Virus record (IMG/VR): IMGVR_UViG_3300049825_001003
Span: 6,133-70,132 of that record
Source of the DNA: a virus
Length of the DNA stretch: 64,000 nt
Direction: 5' to 3' (one strand)
Position numbers and translations under genes: made by a program. Below are positions 46,801 to 55,055 of this stretch, piece after piece. Within the stretch, counting starts at the first letter, position 1, and each line of letters opens with the position of its first letter. A model generated the notes under the pieces. It saw only the letters and a program-made list of their open reading frames with translations. It had not been told where the DNA came from and did no database searches.

Positions 46801-47526
46801 GGCAAGATTGAGAGTTCTTGTAGCAGTAATATCTCCACCGCCAGTTAAACCTGTTCCTGCTGTCATTGAAACTGTGGAGTGATCAATGTGCTTATTTGCT
46901 ACAAAGTTTTGCAAAGAGTTATGGTCTACTCCTCCAGGTAAAACAACTGCAGTAATTGAGTTACCTGCGTCATTATATGTGAAATCTACTGAGGATGAGT
47001 CAGTGATAATAGAGCCAATAATATCCTGAGTTGCCTCAGTAAGGTCAGAAATTTGAGTTGAAGTTATCGATATCTTTGATTGGTCGAATTGGAAATTTAA
47101 TTTTTCATCAGCAGCTGGAGAGGTTATTGTTTTTTCTAAAGCGCTAGTCGGATTCGTTCCATTACTTACAGTGATTTCAGTATTCAAATATCCTGCAGTT
47201 GTGTCTGCTGAAGATACTTTTACTTTTTCGTCAGTGGTAGAACCAGGAGCTGAAATAGAAATAGATTCATTTGCTCCAGGGTTGAGAATTGTCAGTGCAA
47301 TTCCTGCTCCAGCAGCGAGTTTATTATTGAGATAGTTGGCTGTAGTGTCAGATGCAGTAATTTTGACTGTGGGCGAGTCACCTGTCAAAATCCAATCACC
47401 AACCGTGGCTGTGCCAACTGAAAGCCAGGTCTGTTTAGTAACTTCATTTACCCAGTGTTGCCCAGATCGTGTAGGGGCTGAATTGGGGCTTACTTGTGCT
47501 CTTATTACGTGAACAATATCAGTCAT
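43816..47526 (-). CDS. Long tail fibre/adhesin with internal repeats
   Basis: 1236 aa, Thr/Gly/Ala/Ser-rich; repeated AGTGLTGGGDI, YGSSSQVGTFTVDAQGRLT and DFTEAAQDAVG modules. Confidence 0.85.
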   Translation of the reverse strand: MTDIVHVIRAQVSPNSAPTRSGQHWVNEVTKQTWLSVGTATVGDWILTGDSPTVKITASDTTANYLNNKLAAGAGIALTILNPGANESISISAPGSTTDEKVKVSSADTTAGYLNTEITVSNGTNPTSALEKTITSPAADEKLNFQFDQSKISITSTQISDLTEATQDIIGSIITDSSSVDFTYNDAGNSITAVVLPGGVDHNSLQNFVANKHIDHSTVSMTAGTGLTGGGDITATRTLNLANTAVTPASYGSASQVGTFTVDAQGRLTAAANVTITPAAIGAQPLDADLTAIAAQAGTGILARTATDTWTLRTITAGTGLSVSNGDGISGNPTVAISNTGTAGTYGSGTQIPVITTNAQGQVTAVTNTAIAITSSSISDFTEAAQDAVGGSLIDSSSVDFTYNDAGNSITAIVLPGGVNHDALQNFVANKHIDHSTVSITAGTGLTGGGDITATRTLSITATGVTGASYGSSSQVGTFTVNAQGQLTSAANAAISVTSSAVSDFSEAVDDRVAALIIPGTGITATYNDPANTLTIASTITQYTNEDAQDAVGNALVDSSSIDFTYNDAGNSITAVLTPTSVTAGSYGSSSQVGTFTVDAQGRLTAAVSTAIAITSAAVTDFTEAAQDAVGGILTDSSSIDFTYNDAGNSITAVVLPGGVDHNSLLNFAANKHIDHSTVSITAGTGLTGGGDITATRTLNLANTTVTAASYGSSSQVGTFTVNAQGQLTSAANVTITPVSIGAQPLDADLTAVAALTGTGLLARTATDTWTLRTITAGTGITINNGDGISGNPTVLISNTGTAGTYGSSSQIPVLTTNAQGQVTAVTNTAISITSAGVFDFAEAAQDAVGGILTDSSSIDFTYNDAGGSITAVALPAGIDHNSLLNFVANKHTDHSTVSITAGTGLTGGGDITATRTISMPNTGTAGTYGSGTQIPVITTDAQGRVTNITPTTFSSDWVNATNIDAGGLLTWTDQTGEDLAVVQNNSAGSAYIRQYRSRGTIASPTAVLSTDRLGGNGYYGWNSTGPDVLPSGEFVVYATENHTSTAQGGEIRITTTPNGTASGVERLYVRNSGDVDLVNGLLIGNTSDTTNGRVKFVGGEFQVRESATWKPITNTPISTSSSAAVNSTSATFASLSGITTTPAAGSYVLNFSASAQISANVAVGEWAVFVGGVQQTVTNRRVASVSTTTIQVPVSISTTVTVNGSQAVDVQFRRVSGTGTVTTTERQMLLVAYAR
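44660..47050 (-). repeat. Modular internal repeats of the tail fibre gene
   Basis: Four near-identical DNA copies of the NFVANKHIDHSTVSITAGTGLTGGGDITATRT block, five of DSSSxDFTYNDAGxSITA. Confidence 0.85.
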
Positions 47527-48008
47527 TGAATTAGCTCCGAAAGGAAAAGAATTGTGTCGTTTATAGGATCAGGTTCAAACAAAAGAACCGATTCTATGTT
47601 CAGGGGAATAGTTCCTCCAAGCAGAACATAAGTTACTTCTCGGAGTCGGGGCGTTCCAGACCCAGTAGCAACATCGACAGTCGCCTTCCCATTCCCATTA
47701 TCAGTGACCGTGACCGCCCCAGTAAAGTTCAATGTAGTTGCGACTTGAGTTATGTCCACTCCACTGCCCTGAATCTTGGCCCTGTCTGCATACTCGATAT
47801 AACGGATTCCGTCAGCCGGCGCAAGATCTATTGTTCCATTATTTACAATTAATGTGCCTGCAGTCACGAGAGGTTGATAGTCGAGTGAAGATGCCCAAAG
47901 CATGTACTCTTGCGTTGTGAGCTGATAATTTCCGCTTGCTGGTATAGAAACACCAACATCAGTTATGAAAACAATAGAAGCTGTGGTGTTTTTAAGGAGT
48001 TTAATCAT
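47523..48008 (-). CDS. Structural hypothetical protein (fibre-associated)
   Basis: TLNFTGAVTVTDNGNG fibre-like motif; ATGA overlaps on both sides. Confidence 0.65.
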   Translation of the reverse strand: MIKLLKNTTASIVFITDVGVSIPASGNYQLTTQEYMLWASSLDYQPLVTAGTLIVNNGTIDLAPADGIRYIEYADRAKIQGSGVDITQVATTLNFTGAVTVTDNGNGKATVDVATGSGTPRLREVTYVLLGGTIPLNIESVLLFEPDPINDTILFLSELIQ

Positions 48009-48499
48009 AGAGTGCCTGAAAGCTGTAAACCACAAACAATATTCTTTGGTGAATTCGCTGTAGATGTCCCTATCCGGATCGCTATCTGTCGTCCTGTAGG
48101 CACTGGCCAATTAACGCTAAATGCTCCTCCATAGGCTGCAGTCACGGTCACTGAACCTAAAGAAGTGAGCCCTGTTCCGTTCCCATTATGATACATTGCC
48201 TCTATGGTATATGTAGTCGAAAGCTCGTTACTGACAAAAACTTTCTTAACCGCAGCGCTATTAATGTACACCCAACGGCCTGAAATATTGCTAGGAACTG
48301 TTTCATTTTGCATGAAAATACCTGCAGAACATACCCCCGTACGTCCATATGAAAAACCTGGGGATGCCGAAGTAGAAATTACTGTACCTAATTCCTCAAT
48401 AGCTGTTTGAACATCTGTAGCAATAAATCCATTAATTGCATTATCAAACGGAATACTCTCCGCGACTTCTTCATAATTGTCTCTACCTGTGCCTGCCAT
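48005..48499 (-). CDS. Structural hypothetical protein
   Basis: ATDVQTAIEEL motif typical of phage fibre/decoration proteins. Confidence 0.65.
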   Translation of the reverse strand: MAGTGRDNYEEVAESIPFDNAINGFIATDVQTAIEELGTVISTSASPGFSYGRTGVCSAGIFMQNETVPSNISGRWVYINSAAVKKVFVSNELSTTYTIEAMYHNGNGTGLTSLGSVTVTAAYGGAFSVNWPVPTGRQIAIRIGTSTANSPKNIVCGLQLSGTL

Positions 48500-48501
48500 A
48501 C

Positions 48502-48810
48502 TTAGGCCCTCTCAGCAATCACAACATTTACCGTGCCGGTTTCTGCAACGATATAAACTACCTGCTGGTCTGAAGCTTCATAAGATCGCATTGCAGTCTT
48601 TGGATGCTTAAACCCTTTCGTCAGTACATCAGAAAGTGTAGGAGTAACTCCTTCATTTGCAAAAAACACTCTGATCTTTCCATCTAGAGGCTGCAAAGTA
48701 AGCACCTTCCTTTCCGGAAAAGCAGAAGCCCCGGCTTTAGCAATAATTGCCGTAGTCGAGGTAACTGACAGAAGGGTTTGGCTGGATGGACCATCTAAAG
48801 GAGAAAGCAT
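48502..48810 (-). CDS. Small beta-sandwich structural protein
   Basis: In operon; resembles the C-terminal domain of 49142-50239. Confidence 0.6.
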   Translation of the reverse strand: MLSPLDGPSSQTLLSVTSTTAIIAKAGASAFPERKVLTLQPLDGKIRVFFANEGVTPTLSDVLTKGFKHPKTAMRSYEASDQQVVYIVAETGTVNVVIAERA

Positions 48811-48816
48811 GAGCAA

Positions 48817-49080
48817 TTATTTCCTTTTAGGTATTTTCTGAACTGGCTTTTCAGCAGGAACGGGTGCTTCTGGTTTTGCAACAGAAACAACTTTCTTCAC
48901 TTCCATAATATGATCTTCAACCTTTTTCAAGAAAACTTGTTGGACGAAGGCTAGAGACTTGAAATAAGCAATCACTTCTTTCTGGGTCATGTTGCCAAAA
49001 ACTGCATGTTTATCAACCATGTTTAAATAATTTACAAGGCTCTTATGATCTTCTTCAGTAAAATGCTGTTGCAGGTCCAT
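48817..49080 (-). CDS. Hypothetical protein
   Basis: GGAGG RBS before ATG 49080. Confidence 0.65.
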   Translation of the reverse strand: MDLQQHFTEEDHKSLVNYLNMVDKHAVFGNMTQKEVIAYFKSLAFVQQVFLKKVEDHIMEVKKVVSVAKPEAPVPAEKPVQKIPKRK

Positions 49081-49116
49081 AAAAAAATCCTCCATGCCTA
49101 TAACAGCATAGAGGAT
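49081..49116 (-). terminator. Hairpin + U-run (terminator) that also contains the next RBS
   Basis: ATCCTCTATGC-TGTTATAG-GCATGGAGGAT-TTTTTT on the minus strand, 11-bp stem with one G-U pair. Confidence 0.6.
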
Positions 49117-49141
49117 ATGGTCGAAAAGTCAAACGCTTAGA

Positions 49142-50239
49142 TTAAGCGAGTTGCAAAGTACGGATTTCTTTACCAGCGTCAGGTCCTACGAATTGAACTC
49201 CAACTGCAGCGCCTACGCGAAGCTCGATGTAAGTATTTGTAGGAAGAGGGAATCCGTTTGCTACAGTTACGCCAGTAGCGCCAATGTACTGCTCTTTGTT
49301 GCTTTTGTTGTATACATACAACATCTTACGGTTTGCAAGTACAGATGCTACAACATTTTGCGCTGTATTTGCAACTGAGAGAGTCGAGGAGGCATTGGAG
49401 ATAGCTGTGTTAGCCACTGAAGGATCGTTGATTTGGAAAACGTCTAATCCTAAGTCAGCTCCCACAGTAGTGGAAGTAAAGAGTCCTGTTCCGTCACCAA
49501 GGCGAATCGAATCTTGAGTATGAACCAAGTCGCGAATATCAAGGTTCGTTGCAGTTATAGTTACGCCAGCTGTCAATTGTGCCAAAACTGCAGAGTCAGC
49601 TACTTTAAGAGCGCCTGTGCTGTTTGTAACAAAAGGAGCGTAGTCATAGTTTGCGTTTGTGAAAATAGTATTAGCAGAGCCACCGGTCAAAGTTACTGTC
49701 TGAGCTGAAGGAACTGTTGCTCCAGAGCCAGTGAATGCAACGGTATTTGCGGGGTTGGCACTGTTCCAGGCAGTAACAACTGTCGACACACTGTTAGCGC
49801 CAGTAAAGACCAAAGAGATGGAGTTGCCGATTGTCCCAGGAACAACTGCAGTGAACACGTTAGGTCCAACAGTTGCAGATGCATAAGAGCCATCATCACG
49901 AACAGTCAGGACAAAGTTACCAATGTCACCAGTAGTGTGAGCTGAGTCTTCTGCACGTTCAGCATTTACCTGAACGTCAATGTTCATAGGACCAGAAACG
50001 TTAACATCAAGGCCGCCATTCGTAATACGAAGACGGTCCCAGTTGCCACCAACTGCGTCATAGCCAAACATGAAGCTTCGAACGTCGAGACCTTCGAATG
50101 TGTTAGCCACATCGTCAGAAGCTCCGCTACCGGAAGAAATTAAAGCACCTGTACCGGACAGGGTGTGAGCACCAACGTGGTGGCTGTCCGCAATGGTGCC
50201 AGCGTCGGTGGTGTCAAAAGATAAACGTCCAAAACTCAT
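49142..50239 (-). CDS. Structural protein (head or tail fibre/decoration-like)
   Basis: GAGGAG RBS; Gly/Thr/Ala-rich, ATNLDIRDL motif, C-terminal beta domain. Confidence 0.7.
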   Translation of the reverse strand: MSFGRLSFDTTDAGTIADSHHVGAHTLSGTGALISSGSGASDDVANTFEGLDVRSFMFGYDAVGGNWDRLRITNGGLDVNVSGPMNIDVQVNAERAEDSAHTTGDIGNFVLTVRDDGSYASATVGPNVFTAVVPGTIGNSISLVFTGANSVSTVVTAWNSANPANTVAFTGSGATVPSAQTVTLTGGSANTIFTNANYDYAPFVTNSTGALKVADSAVLAQLTAGVTITATNLDIRDLVHTQDSIRLGDGTGLFTSTTVGADLGLDVFQINDPSVANTAISNASSTLSVANTAQNVVASVLANRKMLYVYNKSNKEQYIGATGVTVANGFPLPTNTYIELRVGAAVGVQFVGPDAGKEIRTLQLA

Positions 50240-50258
50240 AATAAATCTCCTCTAAAGA

Positions 50259-50795
50259 TTAAATCGAAATTGTTAGTATTTCTATCGTGGTATTTGGCTT
50301 ATTTACCTGGAAATACAATGTCTTGCCAGTTAAAATCGCACCAGATATGTCTTCTACAATTCCAGGGTCTAGAGTGAAGTATATACTATTTGAAGCGCCA
50401 GACGTAAAAGTGTATTGCAATTTGGCATTATTCCTGCATCTGAAGCGTATGGTACCAGTGTCTGCTGGGACTACAAATGCGTATTCTGTTGCTGCCAGTA
50501 ATGCAATTGGGTTAAAAATCTGAACATTTGTAAAGGGAGTAGGTGAAGCAGCGACAGGAAGCGGGTTGCTGATAGAGAAAGGATTTCCATTTGCATCTCG
50601 AATCGAAACGTCAGCGGGAAAAACTGTGGGATTGGCTGAACTCTGAACTCCTGTCTGCCTTATGGTCTCATTCGCAGGAGCCTGAGGAAGAACTCGTTCA
50701 TGCAAAATAACGCCTGTAGACGAAGGGGTCTGATTTTGACCACCATCGTACACTCCGGAATTCGCATTACCATCTCCCCAACCTTGCTGTGACAT
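50259..50795 (-). CDS. Structural hypothetical protein
   Basis: DANGNPFSISNPLPV motif and C-terminal beta domain. Confidence 0.65.
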   Translation of the reverse strand: MSQQGWGDGNANSGVYDGGQNQTPSSTGVILHERVLPQAPANETIRQTGVQSSANPTVFPADVSIRDANGNPFSISNPLPVAASPTPFTNVQIFNPIALLAATEYAFVVPADTGTIRFRCRNNAKLQYTFTSGASNSIYFTLDPGIVEDISGAILTGKTLYFQVNKPNTTIEILTISI

Positions 50796-50801
50796 TAGCT
50801 A

Positions 50802-51176
50802 TTAGCCCCATGAAGTGAAGCGTAATCTGCCTGCTGATGCAGTTGCTGCCGCACCTGCCAAAGTTATTCCAGAGATGTAGATTTTTGTTTGAGGAGGAAG
50901 ATTGAACTGTTGAGCTGAGGATGACATGTCCCATCCAAAGGTTTCTCCAGGGTCAATCTCAGTCCATCCAACAACCTCATCTAAAGGGTTGTCGGGGTTA
51001 GCCACAAATAATTTAATAATTACATCAGTGGTGTTCTTGAAAGCAAATGCACGACCGTCTCTTTGCATCGTATGGAAATGCTTAGGAGCTGCTGGAGTTG
51101 CTCCAGTCATATCTGCAGCCAAAACTGCCTTGTATTCCATTCGCAGAGATTTTAGTCCTAGAAATAAACTTGTCAT
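50802..51176 (-). CDS. Small structural hypothetical protein
   Basis: 124 aa directly after the prohead protease. Confidence 0.6.
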   Translation of the reverse strand: MTSLFLGLKSLRMEYKAVLAADMTGATPAAPKHFHTMQRDGRAFAFKNTTDVIIKLFVANPDNPLDEVVGWTEIDPGETFGWDMSSSAQQFNLPPQTKIYISGITLAGAAATASAGRLRFTSWG

Positions 51177-51181
51177 TTTCG

Positions 51182-51949
51182 TTATCCTTTCAAAGCCTTA
51201 TATATGTCTTTCATCTTATATCCATTGCCACACTTATGACAAGCATTTGGCCACTCATGGCTTGATTTGAACAGTCTAGTGCTCTGACCGCACTTTTTGC
51301 AACTAATGTGAGTAATGCCGTCGACAAACTGCTCCATTGATTTTTTCAATTTTTCTAATTTAGGTAATAATTGCGTATACTTAGTTTCTTTAAAAGAAGG
51401 TGTATACCCAGACTTCTTTAGAGCTTCTATGTACTTAGGAGGCATGTCGATCGGCACAAGGGACTTCATCAAGTCGTTTTGTAGAAAGAGCTGAACGTCT
51501 GGGTGGCAAGGTTTCACAGTGAGGGAAACTCCCTCTCCTTGAGTCTTTTCCAGAGTAGAATGTTGTTTGCCTTCTCCTCTTTGTAGAATTCCACCCTCAA
51601 TTGAGAATCCTACTTTTAAGGGAAGCTCTGGATGTTGATGGGTGAATTTCAAAAGGGCAGCAGCTGCCTGAGCGTTTGGATGGTCATGTTCGTCTGCAAG
51701 CTCTCCCTCTACATAGAGGAAAGGTTTTTGTACTTTGTCCCAGCACTTGATGTGACGAGGGCTTACGCAGTCATTGCGCGAGAGGATTTTCTTGTGAGCA
51801 GTAATTGCACCAAGCATGGAGAACATGTCTCCAGAGTGCTCATCGTTGATATAGCGCAAAGCGTCAGTGTTGATGTCTTTGATAATAATCGTTTCACCGA
51901 CCCTGTCTGGCGACTGAACTGCTGCGACTCCGTATATTTTCAATCCCAT
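51182..51949 (-). CDS. Prohead (capsid maturation) serine protease, HK97/herpes fold
   Basis: IYGVA...DRVGETI, NDEH (His), LYVEGEL, GFSIEG (Ser), VSLTVKPCH. Confidence 0.88.
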   Translation of the reverse strand: MGLKIYGVAAVQSPDRVGETIIIKDINTDALRYINDEHSGDMFSMLGAITAHKKILSRNDCVSPRHIKCWDKVQKPFLYVEGELADEHDHPNAQAAAALLKFTHQHPELPLKVGFSIEGGILQRGEGKQHSTLEKTQGEGVSLTVKPCHPDVQLFLQNDLMKSLVPIDMPPKYIEALKKSGYTPSFKETKYTQLLPKLEKLKKSMEQFVDGITHISCKKCGQSTRLFKSSHEWPNACHKCGNGYKMKDIYKALKG

Positions 51950-52009
51950 GTTTTCGGCTTTCCTGAAGTGTAATCAACAATAGCATTCTAGCGCTTTTGA
52001 GCGCTTAAC

Positions 52010-52276
52010 TTAAATGACAGCAAGAATCTGATGCTGTGTTACTAGAGAGAGCAGTCCATCTCTGATTACTACCGCTCTTTGTTCATCCCTGATGTGAGGG
52101 TCGGAGGAGGCTAGGACGTTCAAGGTGCATTTCAAACTCTGGGTATTGTCGTGGGCAAAGATTCCGTCTTTATGGAGAACAGTATTCCCGTCCCTTTTTA
52201 CCAGGTCGATTACTGCCTGGGGGATCTGAGACCTATAGAGAAAGGAGATTGCTTTGATGACAGGCTGAGTGAGCAT
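52010..52276 (-). CDS. Hypothetical protein
   Basis: 88-aa ORF filling the gap before the divergent region. Confidence 0.5.
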   Translation of the reverse strand: MLTQPVIKAISFLYRSQIPQAVIDLVKRDGNTVLHKDGIFAHDNTQSLKCTLNVLASSDPHIRDEQRAVVIRDGLLSLVTQHQILAVI

Positions 52277-52312
52277 TGAGGAAGTCTTTCTGTTCTAACT
52301 TCTTCATTTTAG

Positions 52313-52373
52313 CCCGATCGGGAAAAATCTGCAATGATTTGTTCTATGAAGTCAGTTTGTTCCCGATCGGGAA
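52313..52373. repeat. Two copies of the palindrome CCCGATCGGG in a divergent intergenic region
   Basis: 52313-52322 and TTCCCGATCGGGAA at 52360-52373. Confidence 0.75.
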
Positions 52374-52396
52374 GGGAAAATTGTTAAAAATAGTTC

Positions 52397-52424
52397 TTGA
52401 TTTTAAAGTCGGAAACGTCGATAA
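52397..52424 (+). promoter_or_regulatory. Variant promoter for the helicase island
   Basis: TTGAT-N15-GTCGATAA, same geometry as the site at 17326. Confidence 0.45.
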
Positions 52425-52455
52425 GTAGGAAGAACCATTAAACAGGAGGCTTTTT

Positions 52456-52842
52456 GTGAAAAAAAATAGCAGGAATCGAACCGGTGGTTACATTTTCTTT
52501 GTTTTGCACTGGATAGATTCTGCCTACAGCATCATAAAACCTACTTGCATGTCTCAGGACGAACTAAAACGCGCTCTTGAGTATCACTACAATTATAAAA
52601 ATGACGCTCCTTATATGTCCATCAACCAAGATGAAACTATCGACATGTGGGAGAACTGGACGGATGGAAAGCTATACCAGACTGCCTCTGAAGCTCTAGG
52701 CGCGATGAGCCGGGAATTGAAGCAATGGAAGGCATCTAGAAAACGTGTAGAAATTGCTGAACGTTCAGGAACGAAACGAAAAATGATTACAACTGGGCAG
52801 CGCAATAGAAATAGCCACAAGAGCAGGTTAGTAAATGTTTGA
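52456..52842 (+). CDS. Hypothetical protein
   Basis: AGGAGG RBS, GTG start. Confidence 0.65.
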   Translation: MKKNSRNRTGGYIFFVLHWIDSAYSIIKPTCMSQDELKRALEYHYNYKNDAPYMSINQDETIDMWENWTDGKLYQTASEALGAMSRELKQWKASRKRVEIAERSGTKRKMITTGQRNRNSHKSRLVNV

Positions 52843-54223
52843 CCCCATTCCTGGCACTTCAGGCACATATGTGAACTTCCGAGTTATCGAGGTAACTGGC
52901 TTTGGGTCAGATGCCTTGAAGAAAAAACTTTCTGTGACAAATGTGGCAGTGAAATGGGAAATAGAGAAAAAGAAAAAAGGCCTAGGCATCTCCGAAAAGA
53001 GAGATGAGATGCTCAGGGCAGAAATTGCCGAGCTGATGCCTAAGCTGCAAATGGAATATTTCATTGTTGAAGACGGAAGACTTCTTATTCCTGCAGGGTA
53101 TTGGTATCTGGTCGAGAAGCTGTCGGGGAATCTAAATACTGATGTCGCTCCAATCTACTCAGAGAGAGCGCGAGATTATCAGCGCTTGGCTGTCGGCAAT
53201 GCCATGAAGTACAAAAGGGCAACGATCGTTGCTGCTACAGGCACTGGCAAGTCCCAGATGATATATGACCTTTGCAAGTCGTTTGTGGTTGCCGGAAAAC
53301 GTGTGTGCATTATTGTTCCTACAGTGGACCTTATAAGCCAGATGTACAACCAGCTCAAGGAAGACTTCAATGTCTCTGGAGCTGGAGGAAAGTTCAAGTA
53401 CAAAGTAGGGAATGATGTTCTTGTTACTACTCCAATTACAGCAATGCAATACGTCGATAGATATCAGGCAGTTACTATCGATGAAGCCCACCATGCACCG
53501 GCAAGTACCTGGTTCCGTTTAGGTTTTGCTGCAAAAGAGGCGGAATATTTTTACGGGTTGACCGCTACTCCAGTTCGTTCAGACAACCTAGAAATCGGAA
53601 TTCACGCTTGGTGTGGGCCAGTTGTTATCAATCTAGACGCTGCGTGGGGCATTGAGAACAAATGGTTAGTTCCTACTGAAGTGACAATAGTCAAAATCGG
53701 AGGCCTGAGACCTATTCCTGACAGCGTCCAGTCAATTGTCGCTTATGGCATTGCCATGAAAACAGAAAAGGCTCAGGCAGCTATTTATAAAATAATTGCC
53801 TCTCTGCTGCGCAAAGGACATAAAGTGATGGTCCTAATGGCCACAGTAAAGGCTGGAGAAGCTCTAGCCGTTTATTGCAAAAAACAAGGTTTGGAATTCT
53901 CAGTTGCTCATGCAGGATTCCGCGCTCCTTTTTACGCCTTCAAGAAAGGCGACACAGATTTGCTTGTAGGGAACCACAAGCTCTTTGGAGAAGGAGTGGA
54001 CGTTCCAAACATCACTGCCGTCTTGAATTGTTGCAACATAAAAAGTGAAAGTTTAACTAGACAAATTGTGGGGAGGGCTGTAAGACTTTATCCAGGTAAA
54101 GAGAAGGCGATTGTCGTTGATGTAGTTCTTCCAAATTACCAGCAATTCAAAAGAAGTGCAGATTTCAGAAAAGCGATTTATAAAACAATAACTGAATCTA
54201 TTAAGGAGGTTACCGTCGAATGA
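52835..54223 (+). CDS. uvsW: SF2 DNA helicase (UvsW-like)
   Basis: RDYQ, ATGTGKS, DEAHH, GLTATP, EGVDVP, QIVGRAVR. Confidence 0.92.
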   Translation: MFDPIPGTSGTYVNFRVIEVTGFGSDALKKKLSVTNVAVKWEIEKKKKGLGISEKRDEMLRAEIAELMPKLQMEYFIVEDGRLLIPAGYWYLVEKLSGNLNTDVAPIYSERARDYQRLAVGNAMKYKRATIVAATGTGKSQMIYDLCKSFVVAGKRVCIIVPTVDLISQMYNQLKEDFNVSGAGGKFKYKVGNDVLVTTPITAMQYVDRYQAVTIDEAHHAPASTWFRLGFAAKEAEYFYGLTATPVRSDNLEIGIHAWCGPVVINLDAAWGIENKWLVPTEVTIVKIGGLRPIPDSVQSIVAYGIAMKTEKAQAAIYKIIASLLRKGHKVMVLMATVKAGEALAVYCKKQGLEFSVAHAGFRAPFYAFKKGDTDLLVGNHKLFGEGVDVPNITAVLNCCNIKSESLTRQIVGRAVRLYPGKEKAIVVDVVLPNYQQFKRSADFRKAIYKTITESIKEVTVE

Positions 54224-54528
54224 AAGCAGAAGAATTAAAGCTTGGTGAGATGATTTGGCATGTTGAAACTGGAGATTTATTAAGGCTTAAGGAGACTGTG
54301 GCTTATAACTCCACAGGAGACATAGAACTTGACGTCATTTTCTCCCTAGGGACAGACAAGTCATCCAAGTCAGTGTCAATTGAGGAACTGAACTCTCAAT
54401 ATGAGAATTTAAATGCCTTGATGGTTTCTATGGGACCTGTACAAAGAGCTGCTTTTGGCCTGCTTCTAGTAGATGTGAACAGTATCAAGATGGCGATGGT
54501 TTCAGCCTTTAATGGGGTGCAGAAATGA
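54220..54528 (+). CDS. Hypothetical protein
   Basis: AAGGAGGT RBS; ATGA coupling. Confidence 0.65.
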   Translation: MKAEELKLGEMIWHVETGDLLRLKETVAYNSTGDIELDVIFSLGTDKSSKSVSIEELNSQYENLNALMVSMGPVQRAAFGLLLVDVNSIKMAMVSAFNGVQK

Positions 54529-54704
54529 TCAAAGACAATAAAGAAGAGCTGGCTTTTAGTCAAGTCATGGACAATTTTTATAACAATTTTTATGCGTTAG
54601 TTCTTGCTACAAACGATACAGCGACTTTGGATAAACTCGAAATATTGTCAAAGTCTTTTAATGAACTGGTGGCTAAGTACGAAACTGTTTTGTTCGAAAA
54701 TTAA
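54525..54704 (+). CDS. Small hypothetical protein (59 aa, not in ORF track)
   Basis: ATGA overlap; MIKDNKEELAFSQ...LFEN*. Confidence 0.55.
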   Translation: MIKDNKEELAFSQVMDNFYNNFYALVLATNDTATLDKLEILSKSFNELVAKYETVLFEN

Positions 54705-54728
54705 TTCTTAACCTTAAGGAGACTTTCT

Positions 54729-55055
54729 ATGGAAGCTGAATCCAGCGGTTCTTATACTCACTTCGAAATGTGGTGCCAGGCTTGCGATGTTGAGCCAGGA
54801 GATACTTTGAACATTCTAATCAGGCCTACTCAAGACCCTGACGCAGAGTCTTTTATGTCCCGAGGCATCTTCAAGAACGTAGTGAAAAAGAAAGCGGTCA
54901 TTGTTTTAGAATCCGGTTCAACATTGTTTTTCAATACTGAAGAGCCTGATTGTGGAATCGTCACTGTCCGTGATGGAATTGAGTATGCCTGCAGAATCAG
55001 CTCTCCGAATCACAAAAACCCTCTTAGGTTAAAGGACATTGTAAGTGAAAAGTAA
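54729..55055 (+). CDS. Hypothetical protein
   Basis: AAGGAG RBS. Confidence 0.65.
   Translation: MEAESSGSYTHFEMWCQACDVEPGDTLNILIRPTQDPDAESFMSRGIFKNVVKKKAVIVLESGSTLFFNTEEPDCGIVTVRDGIEYACRISSPNHKNPLRLKDIVSEK

Noticed and set aside
15529-47050. Repeat arrays as CRISPR or diversity-generating retroelement repeats
   Set aside because: All repeats are in-frame, degenerate protein repeats with no identical repeat-spacer structure; no cas or reverse transcriptase gene is present.
49142-50239. Major capsid or tail sheath identity for the 365-aa protein
   Set aside because: Composition and motifs are fibre or decoration-like; no HK97-fold or sheath features recognised.
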